A stretch of DNA of 64,000 nucleotides, taken from contig OX597815.1 in NCBI GenBank assembly GCA_951406725.2, forward strand, positions 194,928,001 to 194,992,000, written 5' to 3'. Below, in pieces: positions 14,441 to 28,499 of the stretch. This DNA comes from Octopus vulgaris (lineage: Eukaryota). The stretch's first letter is position 1, and every line of letters starts with the position of its first letter. Made by a program: the position numbers and the translations under genes. The notes beneath the pieces were generated by a model, which was not told the origin of the DNA, made no database searches, and saw nothing but the letters and a program-made list of their open reading frames with translations.

Positions 14441-15318
14441 TTCACACGCATATACACATGTGAGTGTCGTGTTCCAGCCAAATAATAAAAATAATACCGT
14501 TTCATATTTTTTTTTATTAGCTCTGTGGAACTATAACTGTCCAATCTCCATTAACGTTTCAAGCACTTCACTCTCACATCTTCCTAATGACATCATGATA
14601 ACAAAATTCCTACTGCCCGTTTGAAGTAAGTAGTAAAGCGATCCTGCGGATGAATAATAAAATTGCTATCAATCAATTTGATGTTACTTAACATATAACT
14701 CCTGGTGGCTTCATATTCTATTTTACGTTTGCTCTTTGCTACTGATGCTAAATTTTCAATTTTGGTTCGTATTAATATGGCTTCAATACCAAATCAGCTT
14801 ATATGCTTTGAAAATTTCAACTGGATGATAAATTTTTATATGTATTTTTTTTTCTCCACAGCCTGTATTAGAACCCTTTGTAATGAATACAAGTTGCAAA
14901 TAGAAATTTAACTGACAAAGAATTTTGCTTACTTTCATGTCCATTAGAAAATTTTGATTCTAGAATTTTGAAATTTAGATGTATTCATGAAATACGTTTG
15001 ACGTAAAGTATGTTGTGTAGATTCCGTGATTGCGTTTTTTTTTGGTACCCGTCTACGCTATATCTGGGGAAGCAACTTACAGAGGCGAAACGAAGAAGGT
15101 ACCATCTGCGTCAGTGTTACTAAAAACACAGGCAGTACCACAAGAACTAAAACTCTTGACCTTACCCTCGTCTCTAGCACCTAAAACGTGGTAGTAGCAG
15201 AAACGGCAACAATTAAGAAAGTTATGCGATGAACACGTATGCATGGGAAACTGTTCCCAGTATTTATGTACTGAGAGCAATATGCACGAGCATATTTTCC
15301 TTAGAAAGCGTAAAAATG

Positions 15319-15884
15319 TTGGGTTGTCCGGAAAGTTCGTGCCGATTGTTAAAGTAAAGAAAAAGGCCAATAAATATTTGCCATTATATTTTTAATCAAC
15401 CAGATATGAACCATTTTGTTGCACAATACGTCTCCATCTTTCCTTTAACATAAAAATACCCTCTTCCCAGAATTGAGGTGGTTTCATGACAAAGAATTCA
15501 TCAAGGTACCTTTTTACGTCATCCAAGGAATTGAAATTTTTATCATTAAGACTATTCTGCAGAGACCTGAATAAGTGAAAATCCGAAGGAGCAATATCTG
15601 GTGAATATGGTGGGTGGGGTAACACATCCCAGCCGAGCTGCAGCAATTTTTGTCTGGTTCCCAAAACATTAAGTGCCGAAAATGAACTTTCCTATCTTCC
15701 ATTTTAAAGGGTTACAGAATTAACACATGTTATAGGAGCATAAAACGTCTTCCACGAAAAGATAGCTTACACTGTGCTCTAAATGGAGGTGTAGTCAAAT
15801 CCTATTTTATGGACTCAACCATCTTCTAAAATGAGTCGAAAGGTAAGCTACTATAAATCGGCACGAACATTCCGGACAACCCAA
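15319..15884 (-). mobile_element. Internally deleted mariner transposon
   Basis: TIR TTGGGTTGTCCGGAAAGTTCGTGCCGATT at both ends, TA on the right flank. Confidence 0.92.
15392..15702 (-). pseudogene. Mariner transposase remnant
   Basis: N-terminus MEDRKVHFRHLM joined out of frame to C-terminal WDVLPHPPYSPDIAPSDFHLFRSLQN. Confidence 0.9.
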
Positions 15885-16237
15885 TACTTCTTAGTAATCA
15901 AATATTTATTGGAAGCAAGAAATTGTGAAATTCTCGTGTCACATTACAAGCTAATTAATTATCAGTTTTCCCTTCTGGTTTCAATTAAACAGATTTTCAC
16001 ATAAAACATGACTTTGACAAATGCCCCATATCTAAGCTCATCATTCCAAGACCTTTGTAAATTCTATGAACTCAAATAAGGGTTGCACATCGAAACTAAC
16101 TATTCCAAGTATTCGTCCGATATGTCTTTAGTACTACACAGAACATCTTCCTTATTTATCCCTCTTCTACCGCTTGCAAGCAAACCGGGGTTATATCAGC
16201 CATCGCTTATAATTCAAGTGACAAGATATAACAATAC

Positions 16238-16471
16238 GGCGGCGAGCTGGCAGAAACGTTAGCCCGCCGGGCGAAACGCTTAACAGTATTTCGTCTGTCG
16301 CTATGTTCTAAGTTCAAATTCCGCCGAGGTCGACTTCGCCTTTCATCCTTCCGGAGTCGATTAAATAAGTACCAGTTACGCACTGGGGTCGATATAATCG
16401 ACTTAATCCGTTTGTTTGTCCTTGTTTGTCCCCTCTGTGTGTAGCCCCTTGTGGGCATTAAAGAAATAAGA
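16238..16471 (+). mobile_element. SINE family B, full length (Nin/Deu-like central domain)
   Basis: tRNA-like head, GTTCAAATTCC B box, GCCTTTCATCCTTCCGGAGTCGATTAAATAAGTACCAG core. Confidence 0.88.
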
Positions 16472-17796
16472 TAGAACAATGATTATATAACAATAATATA
16501 GCATCAAATTTCTTGAAGTGTTCAACTTTTGCTGCTCACTCTTTTAGTGATATCTTTCTTTCAGATCATTTAGTCAAGAGACTAATCAAATACATCTCTG
16601 ACTTATATCTCTTTTTCTCATCGGAATCTGAATGGGACCCTCTTCATGCAATTTAGATGAAACCACCCAAAATATACTTTCATTTCCATGTGCCTAATCA
16701 GAAGTCCGAACTTCCCGAAGTGATTTTTTATTTCCTGCTTGGTGTGAATCTTATCATAATACACAATGTATTGGCATGTCTGTATATGGGCAATAGCGTG
16801 TCCATGTTTGAGTGTAACGCATCTCAGTGTATCCACTATCCTTATGTCTGAAATGCGAAAATGCGCAGAAGCAGAGAGAGGATGAATATTTAATAAGTCT
16901 AGAAAGTGATGTCACTCAACCGATAAATGACAATCGACTCTGGGCCCCAAATATAGATGCTACTGTATCATTCAAGGAGCAAGGTTTCAAAGCATATGCT
17001 AAAACTGATCTCACTCCAAATAAACGTTCTCAAACATCTAAACAGATTTAACGCAAGCCAGAATGCTCTGTGCACAATAATATCCAGATTAGATTAAATT
17101 TTCTCCACGATTTATCCTTTAAGAAGAGATTGCATTAGACAATTTTACAGTTTTGTCATAAATGTCTACCTTCTTCCAACAATATCACATTCAGTTTCAC
17201 CTTTTTGCAGTTTTAAGTAAAAGTTTCACCTTGAAGGGAGAACTTCCAAGCATGGTTCGTAGCCTGGCTAACAGGGTCAGTGATTATCATATGTGCAGTT
17301 CTCTATTCGTATTCTGAATAAACTCCAGGCGTATGTATTTCGTATGTAAATAATGATGTTCAAAATTTCCGAAAGCAGTTGCTATAATAGAAGCGAACAG
17401 AGAGATTCGGTCCTTGCCTTTAAATCAACACACATATTTCATATAGCTTTGTACCGTAAATTCAGAATTTATTTAAAGCAAAATCAAACTCAGTATGATC
17501 TGAGATTTAAAATGAGAAACTTAACTATATTCTGTATTGCATTTAATTAACCACATCGATTATTTATGTAACTTTCAAAGTAATAAATATGTCATTGACA
17601 ATATTAGTCATGATTGGAGAGGTTTTGGATGAGGAAATTTATTGCATTACATAGAGTCGCCAAAAAAAGGCCTGATAATAGCAATAGTGCTAAGACATTG
17701 ACAAGGAGAGTACAATGTAGGCGTATTTTGTATTCAGTTTTATCAATAATTATATGAAATCTTCATTTCTAGTTCAGTACGAAAATATATGGCACC

Positions 17797-17836
<40 letters not shown>

Positions 17837-17844
<8 letters not shown>

Positions 17845-18121
17845 ACCGACCAGGCTATCGGATGTTGCTACACATCGCTTGTCACAATGCGCTTCGCATT
17901 GTTTAGCCTTCAAATGACGCCACCCCGCTGGCGGCTAAGCGAGCAGTCAAAGAGAAAAAAGAGTGGGAGAAAGTTGCGGCGAAAGACTACAGCAGGGACC
18001 GCCACCACCCCGTGACGGAGTCTCGTGGAGCTTTAGGTGTTTTCGCTCAATAAACACTCACAACGCCCGGTCTGTGAATGGAAACCGCGATCCTACGACC
18101 GCGAGTCCTCTGCCCTAACCA
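17837..18121 (-). mobile_element. SINE family C1
   Basis: Reverse complement of 23173-23483. Confidence 0.88.
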
Positions 18122-18600
18122 CATATACACACACACACACGTGTGTGTGTGTATGTGTGTGTGTGTGTGTGTGTATGTTTGTGTGTGTGTGTAAAGTATT
18201 TCTAGATGTAAAGAAAAGTTTGTTTTATTTCAATTGTAAGTTGAGACCGGATACATCGTAAAGGAAAGTGAACGAATTTCAAATGATTAACATTGTGCAA
18301 CACAAAGGAATTTACTCAATAGTGATAAATGATAATACATATGGCTAAAAGCAATATACGTCGCTTTAATATAGGAAATGAATGCTGTAGCGATAGTGTA
18401 ACACGAATAACTGTTTCAGCGTGTTCTGAAACTGCAACACAAACGGATCTAAAAACGATGCAAGACAAGCTTAAATGTGAATGTGCGCAAATTTATAATA
18501 TTCGATGAAATCATTGAAACAGAATCACACAAATGATACCAAATATATAAAATGTAGAAAATAATTAGTCAAACCTACAAAATGCAAGCCACCTTAGGAA

Positions 18601-19354
18601 GCCACATGAAGTATCACCCTGAAACGATATAAAACCCCTCAATAATATAATCGTATTCTGTAAATCTGTAAAAGAGCCCTCCAAACCCTAACTAAAATAT
18701 CACAAGAAATCCCCTGAAACGAACAGGTAATAAATTAAGGCATCACATGATATAAACTCCAGGCGTATGGTAAAGTACGGTATTGAAATAAGCTGACGTT
18801 TGTAGATTTAATATGTGTTCGTGGAAACTACAAATGAAATAAACAGCTTTACTAAAAATGGGTCTTTCGTCTCTAACTGAAAATATACAAAACCAAAATG
18901 AAATGCTTACCCGAAGGGAATATCTCAAACGATAATTCAGTATAACTAAGTGAGGATTAATATAACCGATAATGAAATCAATAAATGTGATTTAAGGGAA
19001 GAACTTGCGTGATTTAAGATTATTGAAACTCCTCCATGAAGTAATGTCTAAAACAAACCAAGCCTACTACGAAATGCTTTCCACAGAATCAAATCTTTTA
19101 GCTGATATGGTCTCGAAATTAATCATGTTTGATTCTCGTAGCATAAAACCTTCTTCAGTTAAACATAATGAAAACCATTTAAGTCTGAATGTCTAAAAAC
19201 AAATCTGATACACATATTTGAATCTAATATAAGAGGCCACATGAAGTATCACCCTGAAACGACATAAAACCCCACAATAATATTATCGTATTCTGTAAAT
19301 CTGAAAAAGAGCCCTCCAAACCATAACTAAAATACCAAAAGAAATCCCCTGAAA
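18601..19354 (+). repeat. About 119 bp direct repeat pair (18601-18719, 19236-19354)
   Basis: gccacatgaagtatcaccctgaaacga...gaaatcccctgaaa occurs twice with few mismatches. Confidence 0.9.
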
Positions 19355-19762
19355 AATAATAAAGAATATGAAGTAGAGTAAAAACAAAGTTAAAAAAATA
19401 TCATAGAGTTAAACTTGAAGACTAACAGAAATGAAAGCAGGGTAAATAATCTTGACAAAGATTCTTGGAAGGCCGTGACAGTTTTTCATAATAAAGGTAT
19501 TTGAAAAAATTATGATAAAAATCCCTCAAATACATGATTAATGCCACAAACACATCATCAGAAATTTAGGCATATTTGAAGAGAATATGTCATCAAGGTA
19601 AGTCAGTATAGTCAATACATATGTTGGATGAGATACTGTTGAAAATCTTCAACAACAATGCGACCAATCACTCCCATAATTAGAGGATAATTAATGAATA
19701 CTACAATTACACAAACAACCTTAATTCATTGAACTGATACTCTTACATCTCTGGCTAAAGTA

Positions 19763-19835
19763 CTAAGTTACAAGGACGTAAACACATCAGCATCGGTTGT
19801 CAAGTGATGTTGGGGGGAGAAACACAGACACACAA

Positions 19836-19907
<72 letters not shown>

Positions 19908-20067
19908 CGGGCTTCTTTCAATTTCCGTCTATGAAATCCACTTATAAGGCTTTGATTAGCCCGATGTCATAGTAGAAGACACTTACCCAAGGAGCCACGC
20001 AGTGGGACTGAATCCAGAACCATGTGGTTCGGAAGCAAGCTACTTACCACACAGCCATTCCTTCGCC
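19763..20067 (-). mobile_element. SINE family A, 3' truncated
   Basis: Matches other family A copies. Confidence 0.88.
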
Positions 20068-20332
20068 TATTGATAAAAACCAATGCAAATTAACCAATCT
20101 TATGTTTTTCCGCAAAAAGTAGGTGACATCAAATTGCGAACTTTTCACGTATTGTGGAATTGGATATAAAACTAAGCATAGCAATATATGTTCATGTCAC
20201 CTTCACCAGAGCAGATCTCACAGACATAAATATTTTTAAGAAACATAGTGATAGATGAAATATGTGCACTGCGGAAAGGTATAAGGTAACTGTAAGCAAA
20301 GATTTAGGAAAATTATATAAATAAAAATAAAT

Positions 20333-20582
20333 ACGCCCTTTTAAACCCTAGCCAGGCTCATGGGCCCGGTTTCCCGGTTTCTATGGCGTATGTGTTCCCC
20401 TCAGCTGGACGGGATGCCAGTCCATCGCAGCGTTACTCATTTTTGCCAGCTGAGTGGACTGGAGCAACGTGAAATGAAGTGTTTTGCTCAAGAACACAAC
20501 GCGTCGCCCGGTCCAGGAATCGAAACCACAATATTACGATCATAGTGCTGACACCCTAATCACTAAGCCACGCCCCTCCACT
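20333..20582 (-). mobile_element. SINE family C2
   Basis: tRNA-like head (GTGGCTTAGTG.TTAG...GTTTCGATTCC); near copy at 54388-54627. Confidence 0.88.
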
Positions 20583-21819
20583 TAGAAAAAATATAGTTAG
20601 TATGATTGGAAGAAGAACAAGAGAAGGTTATTAAAAGCCCATTTTATTTATAGGAAAGGGTTTTGTGAACGCTAAGATCGTGAAAGTATTTACCAACTCT
20701 TCATGTATTGAGAAAAAAGAAATTATATTTAACTAAATATCAGATGATTAAATGTGATTACACAGGAAAAATAAATACAATTACGGCAGTAATTTTATAG
20801 AATATATTACACAAGAATGAGTAGACAAATACATGTTTCAGGAGCCTAGACAAATAAAATAACATTAAATATATTCATTCATACAATTTTATTCAGAACG
20901 CATCAATGGTAGAGATTAAATGACAGATGACGTAAACTTATCACAAATAAAAAAAAAGTATTTGATTTTTCAGTTTCTATAGCAGACCGTATTTCAACTT
21001 ACTTCATATAATTCTCCTCCTTCAGTCTCTACTCCATCACATGTCTGAATTTGCAATGCATAAAAATTCGTGTAAAGGAAACCGTACGTTAAATTACGAA
21101 TAATGCAAGTATTTTAAATACATTGTATTGCATAAATTTAATAAAATCTTGTTATATTCAAAATTAAATTCCTATTTAAAATTCGATTAAACCTGTCAGA
21201 GTGTTTTGATCAAAATCGCGCCTCTCTTCATTTTATGACACGTTTGTTTCTCTTATGCATATAATGAATGATTTCATTGTTTATCGATATGATTAAATAT
21301 TATTAAAACAGAAATAATTCTTTTTATATCAGTACAGCAATTAATTTCTTACAAGTATGTTACATTAGTTTTGACTATTGCTTAACAAACATTTTCAAAC
21401 ATTTATTAAAACGCATTTACCCGGGCATTCTAATTTTATGTGGCTTTATGACAGTTATATCAAATTAGCAATACATGTAAGTGGTAATTTGGAGAAACGC
21501 TATAATAATAAATTACATAATTTGTAGTATTTAGTTAAGTCAAATTCCAACGTTAGAGATTATTAAGGTTGTCATCGCGCTCAATGTTTAGTGAATTTTA
21601 CGGTATTGATAAAAATAATACTAGAGAAGTGCAGTAGTTGATTTTATTACTCTGTTTTACAATTCTGAGAATGATACGTGTCCTATGATTAATACATAGC
21701 CCACCTATATCCAGACGGACAAGTGGATATTATCATGTGATATTACATCCTGTAATAGGCACAAGAAAAGGATTCAAAGATATTATAACTATCTATCTAT
21801 CTATCTATCTATCTCTCTA

Positions 21820-21916
<97 letters not shown>

Positions 21917-21964
21917 GTCTGTCTGTCTGTCTGTCTATTTTTTCATGTCATTTATGTGAATATT

Positions 21965-22130
21965 GGCGCAGGAGTGGCTGTGTGGTAAGTAGCTTGCTTA
22001 CCAGCCACATGGTCATGGGTTCAGTCCAACTGCGTGGCACCTTGGGCAAGTGTCTACTATATCCTCGGGCCAACCAAAGCCTTGTGAGTGGATTTAGTAG
22101 ACGGAAACTGAAAGAAGCCCGTCGTATATA

Positions 22131-22197
<67 letters not shown>

Positions 22198-22397
22198 ATG
22201 TGTGTGTGTATGTTTGTGTGTCCGTGTTTGTCTCCCCGACATCGCTTGACAGCCGATGGTCGTGTAATTACGTCCCCGTGACAAAATACACCGATAGAAT
22301 AAGTCCTAGGCTTACCCAGAATAAGCTCTGGGGTCGACTAAAGGCAGTGCTCCAGTATGGCCGCAGTCAAATGACTGAAACAAGTAAAAGATATAAA
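21965..22397 (+). mobile_element. SINE family A, full length
   Basis: GGCGCAGGAGTGGCTGTGTGGTAAG head, internal microsatellite, TAAAAGA-type tail. Confidence 0.9.
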
Positions 22398-23172
22398 AAA
22401 AGATAAAAGATAAAAGAATTTTATCCCTTTTCTACTGAACAAGTTCCATAAAAAGTACACGCATTATAAGATAGGTATAACGTACTCTATAATTGCTATG
22501 GCTTTTATCTATGCAAAAATCTTATACTTATACTTTCTAAAACCACTTTCTATGTTCCCTGAATGCAGGTTGTTTAACTTTGCAAACATACGGATATGGC
22601 TTGTTACACGCCGTGTATATTTAACTAAGCTTGAATCATGATAGCTTTTGGTGATAAAAATTGTCGTTTAAGCCATTACTCTGCTGACGACATGAATTCT
22701 GAAGCTAAGAAACATTTTCGTGAAATGTGGAAGGATTCATGGACCCGTCAGCGCTGGTCACTGAATTATCAAAAAACTCATGCCAAATATTTAATCATCC
22801 AATTCTAACTTATACTCCATAAATGCCTGTTGCATATCAGTATGAATATCAGTAATAATGTATACGGGGCTCTGTGCCTATAACGAATTGTAATGCTCTT
22901 TAATAACACGCGAAGAAATCATTGTTTCGGCGTGTATGTTCAGAATTGCTTTACATCTGTACTAATCATATGGCCGTTGTTTGGTCTGTAACAATATTTC
23001 TTATCAATATTCACGTTTCTCTTTCGATAATAAATTCATAGATCTTCAGAGATTTATATTACTATGTTAAATATTACAATTTTGTCTTCAATTTCGTTGC
23101 TGTATTAGTTGGTTGAAAATGAAAGGCATGAATTTGTTTCATTGTTCTATTTTAGCTTATATTCCGATGCAT

Positions 23173-23483
23173 GTGGAGGCGCAATGGCCCAGTGGTTAGG
23201 GCAGTGGAGTCGCGGTCGTAGGATCGCGGTTTCGATTCCCAGACCGAGCACTGTGAGTGTTTATTAAGCGAAAACACCTAAAGCTCCACGATGCTCCGGC
23301 AGGAGGTGGTGGCGATCCCTGCTGTACTCTTTCGCCACAACTTTCTCTCACTCTTTCTTCTGTTGGCCTGCTCGCTTAGCCAGGGGGTGGCGTCGTTTCA
23401 AGGCTAAAACAATGCGAAACGCATTGACACCAGCGATATGCAGCAACATCTGATAGCCTGGTCGGTCACGGTAATCAGGGTGA
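23173..23483 (+). mobile_element. SINE family C1, full length
   Basis: TGGCCCAGTGGTTAG A box and GGTTTCGATTCC B box. Confidence 0.88.
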
Positions 23484-24404
23484 TTCCTATACTTTGTCAA
23501 GCTAGTTAAATGAATAAAATTTCCGTAAATAGGGTGACGAGTAGAATGATATAGTCAATTAAACATAGCTAATTATAAGTATCTAGTTCCATTTACGAGA
23601 TAACTAATAGAGAAACACTCCTGATTATTGCCAAGAAAAACATATTCTATCTAATAATTAAGAAGTATTGCAGGTATATTCATAATTGAATATTTAATTA
23701 GAAATGTAATATTTCTGTACTTATATCCAAACTAATTTCATTTTGAATATTTTAGCTTCTTCGTTTAGGGAAGATATATTCATAATTGTCAGAAAATTTC
23801 ATCCTATATTGTGCATGACTACTACATACGAACATATTCAGATTCCTTATACAATCAGAGCCTGTTGAGTTTTATAAAAATATTTTTTTCTCGAGACTCC
23901 TCAACATTAACTAATGCACACATGCATGCATACATACACACTTGTCTTTATTGTGGTTTAGAAAAGGCTCATTGCCAACACAACAGCCCTGCGATCAACA
24001 ATATTTAATCCATAGCTTTCCCACTCTTGATTTTCAAATATAATATATCTAAAATTAGCTAACTTCCACTACTAATGGATGTTCCCACTGTTTAATATAT
24101 ATATTTTTTTTGTTCAAGAAGGTAGATTTGTGATATGGAGTGAATTCCAACAGGTCCAGTGGCGACGTAAACTACATTGTTGGTTCTTTCTTATACAAGC
24201 ATAAATGTATGCATACATAAATACTTACATAAACACACACATATAAGCCCGCATCGTAGACATACATACATGCATATATATATATATATATGTGTGTTTT
24301 ACTCTTTATCTTTTATTAAAGTTTTAATACTTTTGATATTTATATATAAAAGAATATAAGAAAAATAAAGATTAATAAATAAATAAATTAATTAATACAA
24401 AATA

Positions 24405-24476
<72 letters not shown>

Positions 24477-24534
24477 GTATGTTTATATATATATATATAT
24501 AAATTAATATATATGTTTTTCACTGTGATTTGTA

Positions 24535-24578
<44 letters not shown>

Positions 24579-24727
24579 GTATATATGTGTATATATATAT
24601 ATGTATATATGTATGTATGTATGTATATGTACGTATGTACTTATGTATGTATGTATTGTTAAATACAGATATTAATATATATGGTTTCTGTATTTTATGT
24701 ATATATCTATCTGTATATATATATATA

Positions 24728-24777
<50 letters not shown>

Positions 24778-24806
24778 CGTATGTATATATATTTATATAT
24801 ATATAT

Positions 24807-24960
24807 AGTTGAAATTTATAGAAAAACAAAAGACGAAGACTGGTGTATAAAAAACAAACAGGTGTATTAGTTTAACGCTCGGGAAGGTGAGAAAGTCTTT
24901 CACGTTTCGAGCCTATGCTCGTCAACAGGTTGGAACACGATGAAATAAAGAGAAAGAGCA
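24807..24960 (-). mobile_element. Penelope-derived repeat with variant hammerhead motif
   Basis: Minus strand CTGTTGACGAGCATAGGCTCGAAACGTGAAAG at 24897-24928; adjacent to (TA)n. Confidence 0.65.
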
Positions 24961-25335
24961 TAAAAAAAATTGGAGCTATAATACAGAGGATAAAACTTTT
25001 TTAAAAAACATTTTATTAGTTGCTGACATATAAAATGAAACCATTTAAGGTGAAAATTATAATAAGGTCTGAGAAACATTTTCCTACTTATTGCTGAGAA
25101 ATAGACGCTAACTCGTCACAAAAACACGTGTTGAATTCGACGCAACAACCTAACGAAAATTTTTAATAAAATAGTTCTGTATTAGGCTAATTTCTAGGTT
25201 TGCCTAAAGGATCTCCCGTCTTCAGTGTTTGTTACTTCTTTGAGAGAGGAGACGATCTAGCGTCTGATTTTCAGCATGTGTGCCCAAAAAATTTTTATAA
25301 GTCCTTATTATATATATATATATATATGGGCGCCG

Positions 25336-25371
<36 letters not shown>

Positions 25372-25374
<3 letters not shown>

Positions 25375-25460
25375 ACCAAAAAATACAAACTGGAACAAGA
25401 ACGCAAAGACGATACAAAAAACACGGACGGGACATTCGAAGCCTTCAATCTTGTGTTTTT

Positions 25461-25516
<56 letters not shown>

Positions 25517-26220
25517 CATATATATATATAGCGGCGCCCGTACCCCTTTGATCTTTTATGTAAGTACATATTTCTTTAAACTTGGTACAACTCTATAACA
25601 CTGTCTCTCTCTCCCCGCTCTCCTACATTTCTCTGCATTTCACACTTTGCACTGCACTTTGATCTGTCTCTTTCTCGCTCTCTCTCTCTCTCTCTCTTTC
25701 TTCTCCCCCTCCTTTGTTCCTTGTTCCCCTTTTTTCTCTGTCCCTCTTTTCCTCTCTCTTCTCCTCACACGTGACTGACTGACCGATTGCCGGCTTTTCG
25801 TGCTTAGCAGTCGTCGCGGCAAGACACATTTTTTTCTCTCTCTGCCCTAAGGCATTTTTCTAACACGCCAGCTCAAAGTTTACTCGTCCTGTCGAAAGAC
25901 GCCTGTCTGTGACGTCCTGTTTTTGTTATTATTATTATCATTATTGTTTTTACGTATTTTTGTATTCTTATTCGTGTAACATCGTCCGTTTTTCCGTCCT
26001 TGTTTTGTATACATTCGAGGCTTTCTTCCAAGGAATCTAATGCGCTTGGCTTAGATTTTCCTTTGGGGCTGGCCAGATCGGAGCAATCTCAAGATTAATC
26101 AGCCGAAATTGCGAGGATGATCCAGTTCTTGACTGAAGATCGAAGGCTTCGAATGTCCCGTCCGTGTTTTTTGTATCGTCTTCTAAATGCTTTGCGCTCT
26201 TGTCCCAGCTTGTATTTTTT

Positions 26221-26223
<3 letters not shown>
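25372..26223. mobile_element. Microsatellite-embedded element with inverted termini (25377-25452 / 26136-26221), probably Penelope-derived
   Basis: caaaaaatacaa.ctgg...gacattcgaagccttc inverted pair; flanked by (TA)n and (CA)n. Confidence 0.6.
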
Positions 26224-26319
<96 letters not shown>

Positions 26320-27476
26320 TCGTGTGCGTGTATAAGTTAGATTGTATTGGAACGTTGTAATGTGTATAAAACATATTAATTGGCGTAAATCTTTCTATTA
26401 TTGTTGAAATTACTCAATTCCTGTTTTGCGTGCTTCTGTTCCTTTAAGAAATGGAATGAATCCATACTTCTTTATAAATTGTGAAAAAAATCTTTAACGA
26501 GTCGAAACGTATTGAAAGTCCTTAACTAAACATTTCTGCTATACGTTTTGAGATTATATATGTTTAAAATTCTTGTTTAGCTTGTGTTGATTTAATGCAC
26601 ATTCAACTATTCATACGTAATAAAAGGTTGCTCATACACTACTTACAAATATCACAAAGTAGGGAGACGTTAAAGAAGTACTGTGAACCTATTGTGAGAC
26701 TCTCAAAGATAAATGCGTTTTCTTTAAATTCCACTACTTCACCATAGAATAATGTTTATTTTCTTTTATTGCATTGCAATAATTAAAAGGAAAAGACATG
26801 TGAAGAATAAAATACTGCAAGTAGTGTTCTCGAAACGAAAGCATTTTAATGAACGTAGTGTTGTAATTCCACTTCAGAATCTCATAAAATATCAAGGAAA
26901 AACATGAACTGTATCAAAGGAAAAATAAAGAAAACAGAAAAACGTCAACACTCTGGGATTAATTCAATTGAATTTGAAAATCTTTGTTTTATGTGATCCA
27001 AGCTCACATTATAAAGAGCTTGACATTGTGAGGAATTTTACTGAAATTTTAACAGCTTTTATCTGAGAATGCTTCACGGATCTAAGATGGATTGAAATAT
27101 GCCAATTATTTTTGAATTACACTTAAAGCAAAAATATAATCTCTTTCAAACATGACGACGAGAAAAAGATTATTTAACGACGTCGTATCCAAATTAATGT
27201 CAGAACCAAATCTTTATTAGGAGCAACATGTGACTACCTATTATTTTAAGACCATGACAAAATGTTTTAATTCCTCGGCATGAAATATCAGTGTGCCTTA
27301 AAATCGATTAATTTTTAACATTCTTTGTAATTGCAAAATATATGAATGCACGTATCACATTAATTAATTCTCGCAGATATTATTTAAAATGTTTCTATTA
27401 TAAATCAGTCAGTGGTTATATATGATATATGTGTGTGTTTGTCAGTTAAAGTAATGAGAAACTGGTCATGATATAT

Positions 27477-28010
27477 TTATTGAATGACAGATGTCTTCAG
27501 AGTTGCATATGCTGACAGACAGAGTAACACTTCTTTCAAGCAAAGGAATGACTTTATAATTTTTTCATCTCAAGCAACACATCTGCACCATTTTGTAACC
27601 CAATTCCCGAATCCTGAAAGAAATCCAGCCGTGCACTGTTGTACCCATTTCTTGAGAGCCCCTGTCAAGTCGTCTATGGCATCAATTGGTTGTCCAGGAA
27701 GATGAGCCTTGATTGGAAAGTTTAAGCGTATGTAAAAGAATGGGTACATCCAGACTATACGTTGGATGAAGAACCTTTGACCCACTCAACCAACTGAATA
27801 CCGGATTAATTGCCAAATATGTGTGTTGATTTGTGGTAGTGCATTGCCTGGTGCCCTTATTCAAATACCGTTTCTAAGCTTTTTCAGTTTCTCAATACTC
27901 TGCTCAATGACCGCAGTATTGTGAGTTTCCAGAATATCAACGACAGCAACACGCTTGTTATCTCCTAAAACATTCACTATATCTGTGCCAATAGCTGGTC
28001 CTTGAACTTC
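27477..28010 (-). pseudogene. Candidate exon of an unidentified gene; frame interrupted by three TGA codons
   Basis: Acceptor ttttcctatgtctag; EVQGPAIGTDIVNVLGDNKRVAVVDILETHNTAVIEQSIEKLKKLRNGI*; the same frame continues to TAA at 27477-27479. Confidence 0.45.
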
Positions 28011-28085
28011 CTAGACATAGGAAAAGAGATCAAATGTCATTCCGTAAGACGAGTCTTTGGTTGCGGATAATGAAGATTTTCCTAT

Positions 28086-28193
28086 ACTTTTATCTTTTAC
28101 TTTTTCAGTCATTTGACTGCGTCCATGCTGTCGCACCGCCTTTAGTCGAACAAATCGCCCCCAGGATTTATTCTTTTGTAATCCTTGTACTTA
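28086..28193 (-). mobile_element. SINE family A 3' fragment
   Basis: ttttcagtcatttgactgcgtccatgctg tail sequence. Confidence 0.8.
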
Positions 28194-28329
28194 CACTCTC
28201 TTTGGACACAAGAATAAAATCCTACAAAAAATTGTTCTTCAATTTGACTATATCTCTAAGATAAAAGGTAACGAGGGTGCTATCCAAAGGAGAGATTGAT
28301 ATGTACCGAAAATAAGAAGTATGAGTTAC

Positions 28330-28499
28330 CTTCCCGAAAAGAAATCCGGCACTCTTGTCTGTGAACATCAGTAAATTATTACCTAATGTATTGGGCACAT
28401 TGTCCAAATTCGTGTAGACTATTGATATTATCCTATTCGGCAGTGCTTGTGGATGAGAGCAAGAGCGCACACCGGGAGTATGTGGACGTAGTCCATAGG
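28330..28499 (-). pseudogene. Candidate exon (may extend to an ATG at 28566 through a TAA)
   Basis: Donor AAG|gtaact gives a phase-0 join to the exon at 28010; AYGLRPHTPGVRS...SAGFLFGK. Confidence 0.4.

Noticed and set aside
13806-14624. 272-aa and 223-aa LSIY ORFs
   Set aside because: (TATC)n artefact.
16618-16847. Possible minus-strand exon after a tttcag acceptor
   Set aside because: No recognisable protein and no convincing donor or partner exon.
17318-18769. Shared 18-mer ataaactccaggcgtatg at about 17318 and 18752
   Set aside because: Flanking similarity is too weak to define a repeat.
21965-22040. tRNA gene-like A/B boxes (also at 16238 and 23173)
   Set aside because: These are SINE heads: no full cloverleaf and they continue into SINE bodies.
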